A stretch of 57,909 bases of DNA, filler included, from Basidioascus undulatus (taxonomy: Eukaryota): assembly GCA_000826855.1 (NCBI GenBank). It is 3 parts of 3 records of this genome, joined end to end, with 100 filler letters (N's around TTAATTAATTAA, not from the genome) between each part and the next. Parts side by side here need not be neighbours in the genome. Positions count along the whole stretch, not along the records: positions 1 to 19,259 come from JTLS01000427.1; positions 19,360 to 38,587 come from JTLS01000428.1; 1 more part is not named here. The stretch is one strand, 5' to 3'. The position numbers and the translations under genes are program-made. Every line of letters starts with the position of its first letter. Position 1 is the stretch's first letter. Below, piece after piece: positions 12,873-24,137 of this stretch. Under the pieces are notes generated by a model. The model saw nothing but the letters and a program-made list of their open reading frames with translations. It did not search any database and had not been told where the DNA came from.

Positions 12873-13481
12873 TAGACAGAAACACAACAGTTATACAGTT
12901 TATACACTTTTCATATCCCCCAAGTCGGTGCCAACATGAGTGAAGGTCTGGCCTCTGGCAGCAGTCATGCACAACTTCTGTAACCAATAAAAAACCACGC
13001 TGGATGCATTGAGGCACTCAAAAGCGCAAAATAATTGAGTTGCAGCGAACACTGTGGATGTAGGGTGGTGCAGGGGATCGTATTGATGGTCTTCTGTCTC
13101 GTGCATGGTGAGTTTACTCTTCTTGATGCACTCAATACTGGTAAAAGATGTTATGAGGACAATGCCTAACAAAACAAAAAACACCTTGTTGCTCTGACTA
13201 CAAAGCTTTACGATGCTGACGACCTTCCACAGCTGCAGAGCACTTCTTCTCCTTATCAAACCTCTTTCACACTGACTGACATCCTTCTCCGACTCCAATA
13301 TGCACTTCTGAGGAGACCTGTGCTACCCAGTGTATCTGTGGGAGATGGTGGACGCGGCCTGATTTGCGCAGGGATCGCCCTCACGCAGATCTTTCATAAT
13401 ATGTTAACCTGCTTTCTTTCTACACTGTCTAAACTGTTTAAACTGTTTCAAACTCTTTGAAACCGTATCTGTTTGTGTCTA
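12873..13481. mobile_element. Possible degenerate MITE / non-autonomous DNA transposon
   Basis: Left end TAGACAGAAACACAACAGTTATACAGTTT resembles the reverse complement of the right end (TAGACACAAACAGATACGGTTT...AAACAGTTT). TA at both ends; interior AT-rich and CpG-poor. Confidence 0.35.
13421..13466. repeat. Degenerate tandem array of a 9-10 bp unit (AAACTGTTT)
   Basis: tacactgtct aaactgttta aactgtttca aactctttga aaccgt. Confidence 0.7.
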
Positions 13482-13878
13482 TAGGAATGTGTGAAGGCAG
13501 ATAAACGTATTACCAGGAATACTTTGGGATACCAACTGGTTTGTCAATCGTAGTAAGCATTCCATTTCCAGGCAAGTGGCAGTCTGTATCGCAGTGCAAG
13601 TGAGGGAGTGGCTTCACATGGTTGGATCCCACAGACGCACAAGATGCACAGCTGCACCCGTGCTTTAGTCTCAATCACCGTGTATAATTTTTTCTGAGAA
13701 AGGTCACCCTCTGTTGCTCAGTGTACCGATGCAGTCGAAGGCATGAAATTTCGTTTCGTGACGCTGCATCAAGCCGAGCCGGCCTCCACCCAGCGCGTTC
13801 AACTGCCGATCGTCATTTAACGCTCAACCTCTCGCAACCACCATCCCGCCCGTTCCCAACGACTTGTTGTATCCAAGC

Positions 13879-16800
13879 ATGCTTGTTCTACCGCCAAACC
13901 CTGTCGTACAATTCGGCCATCCTAACGCCCGCTTGGCGGCCAAGTCGCCGTCGCCGCCGAGCAAGAAGCAGCGGCTGGACGGCGACAAGGGGAAGCAGGC
14001 CGCCGCGCTCAAGTCGAGCGCTGCGGGACCGAGGAAGCTGCAGTGGGTCGGAGGGGACAAATGTGAGTCCAATACATCGTACATCGCTCATGTCGATTGT
14101 CTATCGGTAACCGGCGTTGACTATGAGGCTGGGTATCGGTAGTGACTGTTCCCACCGACCACTCTCGGCAGTGCTTCTCCGGGCTCACACAGTTCCTCGG
14201 CGCGATCACATCCTCTCCGCCCGCCAAGATCTCCTCCTCCCTCGATGCGCTTTACGCGGCCGTGCGCGACGAAGTCGTCATCTACGGCAAGGGCCAGGCG
14301 TTGTACGAGCGCATCGACGCGGAGCTTCGTCGCGCCGTGGGCGGGCTCGGGCGCAGGCTCGAGGCGGTGGGCGATGGAGAGCAGGCTTTCCTTGAGGAGC
14401 TTGTGAAGGCGTGGGAGGAGTTCGGTAGGTGGATGGTGAGCTCCGTTTATTTCGCTGAGGCGATCTGGTCTGGATCGACTCTGACACATGGAGATGTAGA
14501 CGGCAATCCGCTCGGTGTTCCTCGTCCTCGACCGCAGCTTCGCCTACCAGACAGACAAGGTCCTTCCTCTTCGGTATGTCGCTCTCACTAATCAACGTGC
14601 ACAGCTCTTCTTAGCTCAATATCCTACTTCTACAGCGAACTCGGCGAGAAATTGTTCCGCGATATCATCTTCGGCAAGGACACCATCGCTTCGCGCACCG
14701 TCACGTCCATCCTTACGCTTATCCAGAATTCTCGGCACGTCCCCATTCAACTTTTCTCCCTTCAAGCATTCCTAACACTTTTCAATGTACAGCTCTACTT
14801 CGACGTCCCCGTCCGCCGCTCTCACATCTCGCACGACCTCTATCCTCTCCTCGCTCTCTCTCTACGGCGCGCTTCTCGAGCAGCCGCTCCTTCAAGCGTC
14901 CGCACAGTTCTATTCCTCCGAGGGCGAGCAAAAGCTTCAAAAGCTCGAGCCCAAAGCCTACCTGCGGCACGCGGAGACGCGGATCGCGGAGGAGGCGGAG
15001 CGTGTGGACGCGCACCTGGGCGGACTCAATAAGGTCGAGATCGTTGGCGCCGTGGAGGAGGCACTGGTTGGCGCGCGCATTGGCGGCATTGCGAAGCGAA
15101 GTGGGTGTTGTTTCTACCCTCATGTGGTGAAGGATGAGCGCTCACGTGTGCGGGCCGAGGGGATAGGTCTCGATGTTCTCGCACAGCTTCATCTACCCGC
15201 GAAGGATGTCGAGGTCAAGGCGAAGGCCAAGACGCTGAAGGACCTTACCGACGTAGCGGTCCTCGACCTCGCGGGTCTGAAGACGCTCTACGCGCTCGCG
15301 AAGGGCGCACAAGTGTTGCCGGCGCTGAGAAACGCATTGTCGGAGCGCGTCAAGGTACCACTTTCTCCCTTTCTCGTTTCAGAGCTGCATGCCGAACTCA
15401 TCTTCTTTTCCCTTTCTCCATTGGGCTAGACCCTCGTCAAGGAGACCGTGGCCAATCCAGAGAACGACGACTCTATGGTCCAGTCGCTCATGGCGCTGCG
15501 GCGGCAGCTCGAGTTCGAGCTCGTTGGCGAGGCGTTTGAGGACGACCGCCGCGCGAGAAGCGATATCAAGGACGCGTTCGCTTCTGGGTTGCTTGGACGC
15601 AGCAATAAGCCCGCGGAGATGATCGGTGTGGCACACTCTTTCTACGCCCCACGGACGCTGTGCTGACGCATGCTGGACGCCATTCCGTACAGCCAAGTAC
15701 CTCGACTTCCTCATGCAGTCCAAGGTCCCTGCGGACGAGCTCTCGGAGGTTCTGGTGGAGGTGCTGGAGCTGTTCAGGGTGGTCAAGGGTACTTCTTACG
15801 GGCATCTGTCTTTCCAGGAGCGCAGGGTCGGTGGCTGATTTCCTCGCCCGCGACAGACAAGGACATGTTTGTCGCGTTCTACACGCTCGGTCTCGCTCGG
15901 CGGCTTGTCAGGGGCACAGTGTCTTCGACCGACGCAGAGAAGGAGATGTTGGCGCGGTGATTATTCGCCATTCCTGCCGACCTGACCTGTGCGCATGCTG
16001 ACTCGAGACGACGACGCGCATAGGCTGAGCGAGGCTGCAGGCGAGGACTTCACGAAGAAGTGCGTGGCGCCTACTGTGCGCGAAGTATGGTAGGCTGACA
16101 GCGGCCGCTTTTTGAATAGGTGCCAGCAGATGCTCAAGGACGTCTCGACGTCGGAGGAGCTCATGTACCAGTTCAAAGCGAGCTCTTTCGGCAAGGGCAC
16201 CAAGCTCGACCGCGCGACGATCGCGATGGCCGCCATCTGGCCGTTCAAAGGCGCCCGGCTCTCGCTTACGACCAAAACGGTCGACGACACGGACGGGCAC
16301 ACTGTCGCGAAAGGGGCTGCCCTCGATCGAGTCGTTTTGCCGTCCGAGGTTCGTCTCACTTACGACGCTCTTTCTTATGAGCCACATGCCGAATTCACCG
16401 GAACGTAACAGATGGCCCAAGACTTGGCAAACTACGAGGCGTTCTACAAGTCTCGGCACAAGAACCGGCTCCTCACGTGGAACCACCTGCTCGGCGAGGC
16501 CCGCCTGTCTGCGTACCTCAGCGACAGCGGCAAGCCCATCGAGATCACCGCGCCCCTGCCGGCCGCGCTCATTCTCGTCCTGTTCGCCCGGACGCAGGCA
16601 GCCGCGAAGCTGTCGTTCGCTGAGATTCAGGAGAACACCGGCTTGCGTAAGTTTCGCTTTAAGCTAATCCTGTTCGATATACACACTGCTCACAAAAATC
16701 TTGACCTATTCAGCCGATGCCGAGCTTCTTCGCGCCCTGGCTTCGCTCATGGGCAAGCGCACGCCGTTCTTGCTGAAATCGGGGCAGGGCAAGAATGCGT

Positions 16801-17275
16801 CGTTTAAGCTGAACACGGCTTTCCAGCCGTCCAAGAATGTCCGCGTGCCTGTTACCAAGAGCGCAGCTGAGGAGGTTCGTTTAACATTTTCGGGCCATAT
16901 GCGTCAATGTAACTGAACGTCCGTGGTCCTGCAGGCCGATGAGTCGAAGGAGACCGCCGCCGAGGTCGAAAACGCCCGTATGTACGCGCTGCAGGCCGCT
17001 GCCGTGCGCGTGCTTAAGGCGCGCAAGAAGATCGCGTTCCCCGAGCTGGTGAACGAAGTCGTCGCCGACGTCGTCCGCCGCAACTTGACGGTAGCGAACG
17101 AGAAGTCGCTTGTGTCGCAGATCAAAAAGACGATCGAGGGGCTGATCGAGAAGGAGTACTGCGAGCGGGTGAGCAGCAGCCGGCACTCTCTATTCCAGAG
17201 GGTGTGCGGCGCGAAGCTGACGGGGAGGCTGGGCAGATCGAGGGCGAGAGGGGAATGCTGTCGTACATCGCTTGA
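13879..17275 (+). CDS. Divergent cullin (Cul4-like), multi-exon
   Basis: IRSVFLVLDRS, YLRHAETRIAEEAERV, NKPAEMI|AKYLD, DKDMFVAFYTLGLARRL, QQMLKDV, FYKSRHKNRLLTW, neddylation region AAAVRVLKARKK, IKKTIEGLIEKEYCER|..SYIA*. Confidence 0.88.
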
Positions 17276-17503
17276 TTTGACGCTCGCGGTCCTGATGCAT
17301 TCTTTTCTCCGCCTGTTTTTCCACTGTACTTCTTCGGCGTGGAAGAGCTGGTTCGACTTATTCACTGCGCGGCGTCGCTCTAGGAGTGGATGTGTGATCG
17401 CAAGCAAAGGCGTCTGGGAAAGGCAAATCCTGCAGCAACAATGTCTGCCGTACCAACCATCACGACAGCCGACATGATGCCTTAAATGAAATGTTCTATT
17501 CGC

Positions 17504-17562
17504 TTATGATAAATTAGAGGCTGCTAGGCATCGTTTATGATAAATTAGAAGCTACTAGGCAT
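17504..17562. repeat. 31-bp-period tandem duplication including the SDR stop codon
   Basis: TTATGATAAATTAGAgGCTgCTAGGCAT at 17504 and TTATGATAAATTAGAaGCTaCTAGGCAT at 17535. Confidence 0.85.
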
Positions 17563-18805
17563 GGTGTTGAGCACACCGCCATCGATCAAGACCACGCCGC
17601 CGGTCATGTAGCGCTGCTTCTTGTTGGCCATGTCTGTTGAACCCAACATGTCAGCCTATGACCTACAGTGTTCAAGATGAGAGGACCGAATTGACAAAGT
17701 ACGGTGGTCGCCATGTCTTCGTCCGTGCCCAGACCGCCGCCGGTAGACGCCGACACGGGCAGGCCCAAGTTGTCCGACAAGTCGGCCTTCGTCTTGTTAT
17801 CGCTGCCGGTCGCGTCCTTCCCCTTCACGAGCTCGGACGGGAAGGCTCCGGGCGCTGTGACAAACGCAGGGAGGGTCAGATGGGGAGGGAGAGACAACAG
17901 AAGGTTCAAAGCGCACCGATCGCGTTGCAGCGGACCTTCGTGTCCTTCAGGTGGGTCGAGAGCATCTTGGTCAGGTGCGTCGAGGCAGCTTTGCTCATGC
18001 TGGAGGAACCAAGTTGGAAATAAACAATTGGAAGGGAGTGGGGTCTAAGTCAGCATGCAGCCGGCTTACCTGTAAAGAATGCCCGCCATCGCCTCACGGC
18101 CGAAGCTCGCATTTGAGGTGATATTGATGATTTGAGGGTGGTTCGGGGATTTGTCCAGCAGTTGGATGAAAGCCGCGGACCTGTCGTACTTTTATTAGCC
18201 CGGTGTAAACGGGAGATATTTGAGAATTATGGAACGCACACGTAGAAGTACCCCAGGCAGTTGGTCCTGAACAGCGTCACGGCCTCCTCGTAGTCGCATT
18301 CGAAAAGCGTTTTTCCGATGTCCTCCGCACCCTTCTTACCCTCGGCATTCCACAAGGGGCCGCCAACGCCTGCGTTGTTCACCTGCCAACATGTTAGACG
18401 TACAGCAGGATGCAAGCGGGAGAGGGCTGCAGCGTACCAGCAGGTCGATGTATTTTTCCTTCTTCTTGATCTCCGCGAGGACCCCCTCGATGGACTTCTT
18501 ATCGGTCGTATCGCCCTGAACAGGAAGGATTGCCGCGCCGTCCTGCACCACGAACACTGTCAGTTCTCGCCTGTAACGCACGCAGTCGCCACAGCACGTA
18601 CCGGCAAGCCGACCGAGTTCTCCAGCGCGGTCTTCTCCAGTACCTCCTTCCGCCGACCGACGATGTACACCCGTGCGCCGTTGGAGGCTAGGGCTTTGGT
18701 GATCATGAGCCCGATGCCGGTGCCCCCGCCGGTCACGACGCAGACAAGGCCGGACACGTCGAAGAGGTTGGAGATCTTGAAGATATTGGCGATCTGCTGC
18801 GACAT
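17545..18805 (-). CDS. Short-chain dehydrogenase/reductase (SDR)
   Basis: [54 protein letters not shown]. Confidence 0.92.
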
Positions 18806-19259
18806 GGTGGAGAGTGTGCGTCTTTGGGAGAGTGTGTGGATGTATGAAAGTATGTGGATGTGTGAATGCGTGTGGGATGAAAGCGAAAGACCAGGAGACG
18901 AAGAAAGACTCACTGGGGCTCCATCGCATTTATGCTGGCCTGGTCCTGCCGGGGAATTGAAACGACGTCATCTGACTGCCCAATCGCTGCTAGTCTGTCT
19001 TGGCTGAAGCTGTCTTTTCCCGTTTTGCTACAGTCCTTTTCCCCTCAAAAGTGAAGAGCAGAAGAACTTTATGCGAAAGACTTTGTGAGGCGGCAGCGAA
19101 GCATGCGCGGGTTCGCCATGCACACACATTCGCTCACGCGACCAAGGCGGCCAGCTGACAGGGTATCAAACAATGTGTATAAATCGGTACAAAGAATTCA
19201 CCACCGCCGAACATCTCCCAACCTCAGTTGACCTAGAATGATGAAACCCCCCCCCCCCC

Positions 19260-19359
19260 NNNNNNNNNNNNNNNNNNNNNNNNNNNNNNNNNNNNNNNNN
19301 NNNTTAATTAATTAANNNNNNNNNNNNNNNNNNNNNNNNNNNNNNNNNNNNNNNNNNNN
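19260..19359. other. Artificial contig-join spacer
   Basis: Run of N around TTAATTAATTAA (stops in all six frames); same structure at 38588-38687. Confidence 0.97.
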
Positions 19360-19458
19360 CCCGCCTGGCTCCTCCTCCACTATTTTCCCATTCCACTTCC
19401 CCTCTCCTCCCCGCACCTCCGCTCATTTTTTCCTACCCCGTCCCCCCCACACATTCAG

Positions 19459-19652
19459 ACCCCGACGTCGCTGCCTCCGGCCTCCGGGCCGTCCTCTCCG
19501 CCGCGTCCCAAGCCGCCGTCGGGCGCGACATCCCCGCGGCCAAGACCCAGCCGGACGGCGGCGTCTCGAACGTCCTCAAGCAGGCCGTTTCGAACGCGGT
19601 CGAGAGAGGCAAGGCGATCGTCAACGGCGTGAACGGGTCCGCGGCGGCGTGA
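19459..19652 (+). CDS. Terminal exon of a gene cut by the contig edge; product unknown
   Basis: Polypyrimidine tract plus CAG acceptor, then high-GC3 frame PDVAASGLRAVLSAASQ...VNGSAAA*. Confidence 0.55.
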
Positions 19653-20155
19653 GGGCTTGGGCGCGGTGGAAGGAGTAGGATGTTAGGAGAGAGGAGCCGT
19701 ATCTGGATTAGTTGCTGCTACGCTTCACTTGTTTTGCAGCGGTTTGATAAGGATTTCTTCTCGGGTGCTGCACAGTCTGTGTGGAGAGTTTGAGGCTTGG
19801 TCTCGCTTCCAATTAGGCATAGAGAATCTTGTCCTCAGAGCTCATACGAAGAACCCTGGCTGTGTTTGACTAAACTAAACCCAACCTAACCCCTTGCCTG
19901 AGCGCAGAAGCACATTGTCGAGGGAGGGAGGGCAAGATGGAAGGGGGGCTGGGACCACCTCGTACCGGTGCCTAACCATCCAGCCCTCGATGGTCCGGAG
20001 CTGCTCGTGGGGATGGCGAGCAGGGAGGGGAGCAGAGGGGAGGAAACGAGGCGCGTGCTGATACACTGTAGCTTGTCTCTCCCGAACGCGCTTACATTGC
20101 ATGTACACGCGAGCCGAAACATAAGGAAGCGGCGCACCGGGAAATCAGCCAACAA

Positions 20156-20283
20156 TGGTCGCTCGGCCAGTTCGACATCGGTCGGCCCCTCGGGAAGGGC
20201 AAGTTCGGACGTGTCTACATGGCACGCACCAAATCTGAGCCCACTTCATCGTCGCGCTCAAGTGTCTTTATAAGGCCGAGCTT
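20156..20283 (+). pseudogene. Orphan Aurora (Ipl1/Ark1-like) kinase N-lobe fragment
   Basis: [29 protein letters not shown]/(1-bp shift)[13 protein letters not shown]; no further kinase sequence seen on either side. Confidence 0.85.
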
Positions 20284-20574
20284 GAAATCCCGCTTTGGCG
20301 TGCGGACGGGGAAATATGTGGGGGTGAAGGCGCAGGCGTCCATGCTTGGGCAGCGGGGGACTGAAAAATGGGAGGGCCCGCAGAAGGATTTTTTCGGACC
20401 AATTTACGCCGAAACCCCCCCTGCAGGACGACCTGCATAGCTCGGAGGGCTCCTCCTTCTGCCGTGGGCATCCCCAACGTCCCACCGTGAACGTCAGGGC
20501 GACCACATACGGTTCCCGCAAGAGCAAGGCGGCCCAACAGAGGGGCGATTATTTTGGAATTTCCGAAAACACCA

Positions 20575-23500
20575 CTTCAGTAGCGAGCTTTTCCGGATAA
20601 CCGAGCTTAACACAGAAGGGAAGAGTATTAGTGCCATGACAACTTGACAACAATCTTCTCAGCTCGGGCAAAGAACGTACACTTCTCCCGGAGGGAAGAC
20701 ACCGCTGATGTCGCGCAGGATCGGCTTCTCGATGCAGCGGAAGCCCGGAAACGCCCTTCGGACCCAGCGCAGACCGAGGTTCTTGATCTCAACTGTTACC
20801 CGCGAGCGCTTGAGGTCGAGGTCGCCACTGCCGGCGCTTTCCTTACCCGCCGTGGACGGCAAAGCAGCAGCATGTCGAGCGCCTCCGGGCTTGTACAACT
20901 GCAAGCCCGCGAGTACCGAAGAGACTTAGTAATGGCAAAAGTAAGAGATAAAGTAAAGCTGCGCACAGTCAGGATGACAGCGGCTAGCAAGTGCGTAACC
21001 AGGACGAAGTCGCACAAGCCGCCGAAGAAAGGACCGATGCGCGTGTCGGGACTGATACAAGACCGCGCAAGACTGGAGGAACGCATCTATCAGCAATGAG
21101 GGGATTGGCCCATGGCAGCTGTCTCGCCATTGTCGCCCGAACACTGATTGCGGGCGGCTCCCTCAACGCCGTCGCACACAAACTCGCGGCCCCGGAACTG
21201 CGAGATTACGACTGTACGGAAGCCGTAATATGAACCAAACACCATCAGTCGCGTTTTCTAGGTTCGTTTTTTGAGGGAGCTTACGAAATAATGGCTCAAC
21301 CTAGTTGCAGTGAAAACCGTTAAGCGGATGCGCAAGGAAGGGACAGCGAGACGCTTACCAGCGAATCCAGCGCAGCCAGACTGCAATGTCGGTGACGAGG
21401 AAGCTGGGATTGAATATCAACCATTTGGCACTCAAGCTGTTCTATTGGCACTCAAAAGGCATACCCAACCGTCACTGTAACAGCGGAGCATGAGCACGCG
21501 GGCACGACAATGCAAAGCGCCGAAGCTCGACGTACTGATGAAGAATATAGACATGGCGTTCGCCAACAGCGATGCTTTCGCGTAGCTTCGCTGTAGATTC
21601 GAAAAACAATGTCAATACATGCGGCACGTAGGGGTAGAGTGCAAACTCGCCTGAATCGAAACAGCGACCAGTGCGATGCCGATGGTGCAAAGTTGAACGA
21701 GAATGCACTGCGGCTCGAGGCGCGTCAATGTCCATTACAAAGCTAATGAATGAGAAGAGGACGCACCTCTGCGATCAAAATGAACAGGTTGGCCGCCAGG
21801 TTGTCCCTCCGCATGCCAGCCATGAAGTACACTGTCGCGTGGAAGGTGGGTCAGCATCGAGCTGCGCAACAGGTGTGTACGGTGTGCCCACGGATGATCG
21901 CAAAAAGACCGGGGAAAAATATATTAACGGGAAGGCCGGATATCAGGCCCGAGGCGAAGTATGGGAAGGCTTGATAAAGGTGGTCCTGCAAGGTTGGTCG
22001 GCCTCAGTCCGGCTCAATCTGTTGTACGAAGATAGCAAGCAGACGCTCACCTCCCTCTCCCGGTCGAACACGACGAGATCTAAAGATCGCATGTAGACGG
22101 CAAATACGAGAGTAAGATACGCGAACAGCGAGGCATGCTGGTAAGTCAGCGCTTTCAGACTCTGGATGTCGCTCGGCGTCTGCGAAACAGCACTCCGCTT
22201 CAGCCGGCAATTGCGCTGGGTTGTAGCAGCAGACACACATTGCCGAGGTCGAAAAAGAAGCCCGAGAATGATGAATTGCGTCGCCTGAAGAACTCCAGAC
22301 CAAGTGTCAGCAATTAAGCAGCCTCATAGAGAACGATCACGAATGCTGGCGACGAGCAAGAATGTATTCCGCCATATGCTCTTCGTATCCCTGTAGGCTG
22401 GCATCAGCGGCGTACTCGGGAATAACATCGGCACAAACTCACCGAGAAAGCAGGATGATGAACTGCTTTATCCACCCAGGCCTCGCCGCAGCGCCGTCCG
22501 CCCTCGCGATCTCCTTGCCACCCTCGCCGACCTCAACTTCGATCCTGTCCCGAGAGCGAACGACGCACAGAGTGACCGGCTCCCCCTCTAGCCGCGTCTG
22601 CGGCGAGATTCCCAACTCGGCGAGCTGAACGGCGTCCTTCTCACCGGCCAGGGCGCCGAGTGCGATGGACGCGTGCGAGGGTGAGCGCGAGAGGAGTGGG
22701 CCGTTCGGGTCGCGGGCACGCCACGCGCGCGTCAGTGCAGAGACCCGCTCGGAGGAGATCTCCTCCACCTCGGGGTCGCGGATGTCTACGCAGGATACGT
22801 CGATCAGGAAGTCTGCGCCCTAGGCTTTAGCAGCACGTCTCCGATGACGAGCAGGCAAGCGACTCACCGAGCGGGTTCACGCCGAGCACACCCTCAACCC
22901 ATCCCAAGCTTCCCTTTGTCTCGCCACTGTAGACGACCTCGCCACGGCTGAAAAGGCAGATGCGGGTGAAGAGGTTGAACGCGTCCGAGCGCGGCTGATG
23001 CAGGCTGAAGACGACCGTGCGGCCTTTCTTGGCCAGCTGCGAGAGCGTCGTGAGGACTGCGAAGGCTGTAGTCGCATTCAGGCCGGTTGTTGGCTGGGAA
23101 TAAAGGTCAGCAAGCAGTCGCTTCTGTATATTTGAGCAGCGACGCAGCGAGCGAAGACGCACCTCGTCCAGAACGAGCACAGACGGCACTAGAATATGAT
23201 GTGAGATCAGTTGGGTCTGGATATTGCTTCAGAATGTTCACGTACGCGTTACAAGCACGCAACCGATGGATAGGCGGCGCCGTTCACCGCCAGAGATGCC
23301 TTTCCGCAGGGTGCCACCGACGAGGACATCGGCAATGCCCGCAAGCCCGAGCTCTGCAGCGAGAACGCGGGGATTCAGCCCGAGCCCGAGAAGAGAAGCT
23401 CGTATAGCCAATAAGTGAGGTCTTACCATCGATCGTCTGTTCAACTATCGCCTTGCGCATCTTCCGCGAAACGGTAGCCGGCAACCGCAGGGCAGCGGCG

Positions 23501-24137
23501 TAGTTGAGCGTCTCGCGAACTGAAGACCACCGACATGAATGAGATGTGACTGGGAATTTCAGGCCTGTTTTGGATACGGACCTGTGAGATGAGGAAGAAG
23601 GAAATCCTGTTGGCGGACGTAGCCGAGGATCTTGCTCAAGCCGGGCGTGCGCGCAGCGTTGTCTTCGGGAGACGAGGACGGTACGAAAGCCACCGATCCC
23701 GACAATGTTGGAGGTTGGCCAAGCGACCTGCAATTGCCTGTGATTCAAGCGTCAGTTCCTGGTAGAGCGGCAAATGTGACGGGGTGTCAACATTGAGCAA
23801 CGTCGTCTTGCCCGACCCGGATCCTCCGAGGCTATAAGAATTGCATCAGTCGCCAGATGGGTTTTGGTAAGGAAGAACGCGTACATCCCAAGGTTTCCCC
23901 GCTGCCACATCGAGCGTCAACATGCGAAATGATCGTCTTCGGTTCGTGTCGTTCCGCCTGCTTGCGGGTGAGGAACTTCGGCACATGAACAGGGATCGGC
24001 AGCGGCAAGGTTAGCTGGTATGGCGGCGCGGTGATCGACAGCGACAAAACGAAGAGATCGAAAGGCCTCGGAGGCGGCAACGAAAGGAGGAGGTTGACCT
24101 TGTCCTCGACCGTCTTAGTCGGGGGAGAGGACGCCAT
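20575..24137 (-). pseudogene. Full-size ABCG transporter (YOL075C-like architecture), frameshifted and truncated at the start of NBD2
   Basis: GGSGSGKTT, YVRQQDFLLPHLT|VRETL, ISGGERRRLSIG, VLVLDE|PTTGLNA, SLHQPRSD, TM exons, then EKPILRDISGVFPPGEV and a remnant SVI..KSSLL. 1-bp frameshift near 23710. Confidence 0.8.

Noticed and set aside
19260..19359. Palindromic TTAATTAATTAA inside N runs (also 38588-38687)
   Set aside because: Artificial six-frame-stop spacer. Genes on either side cannot be treated as neighbours.
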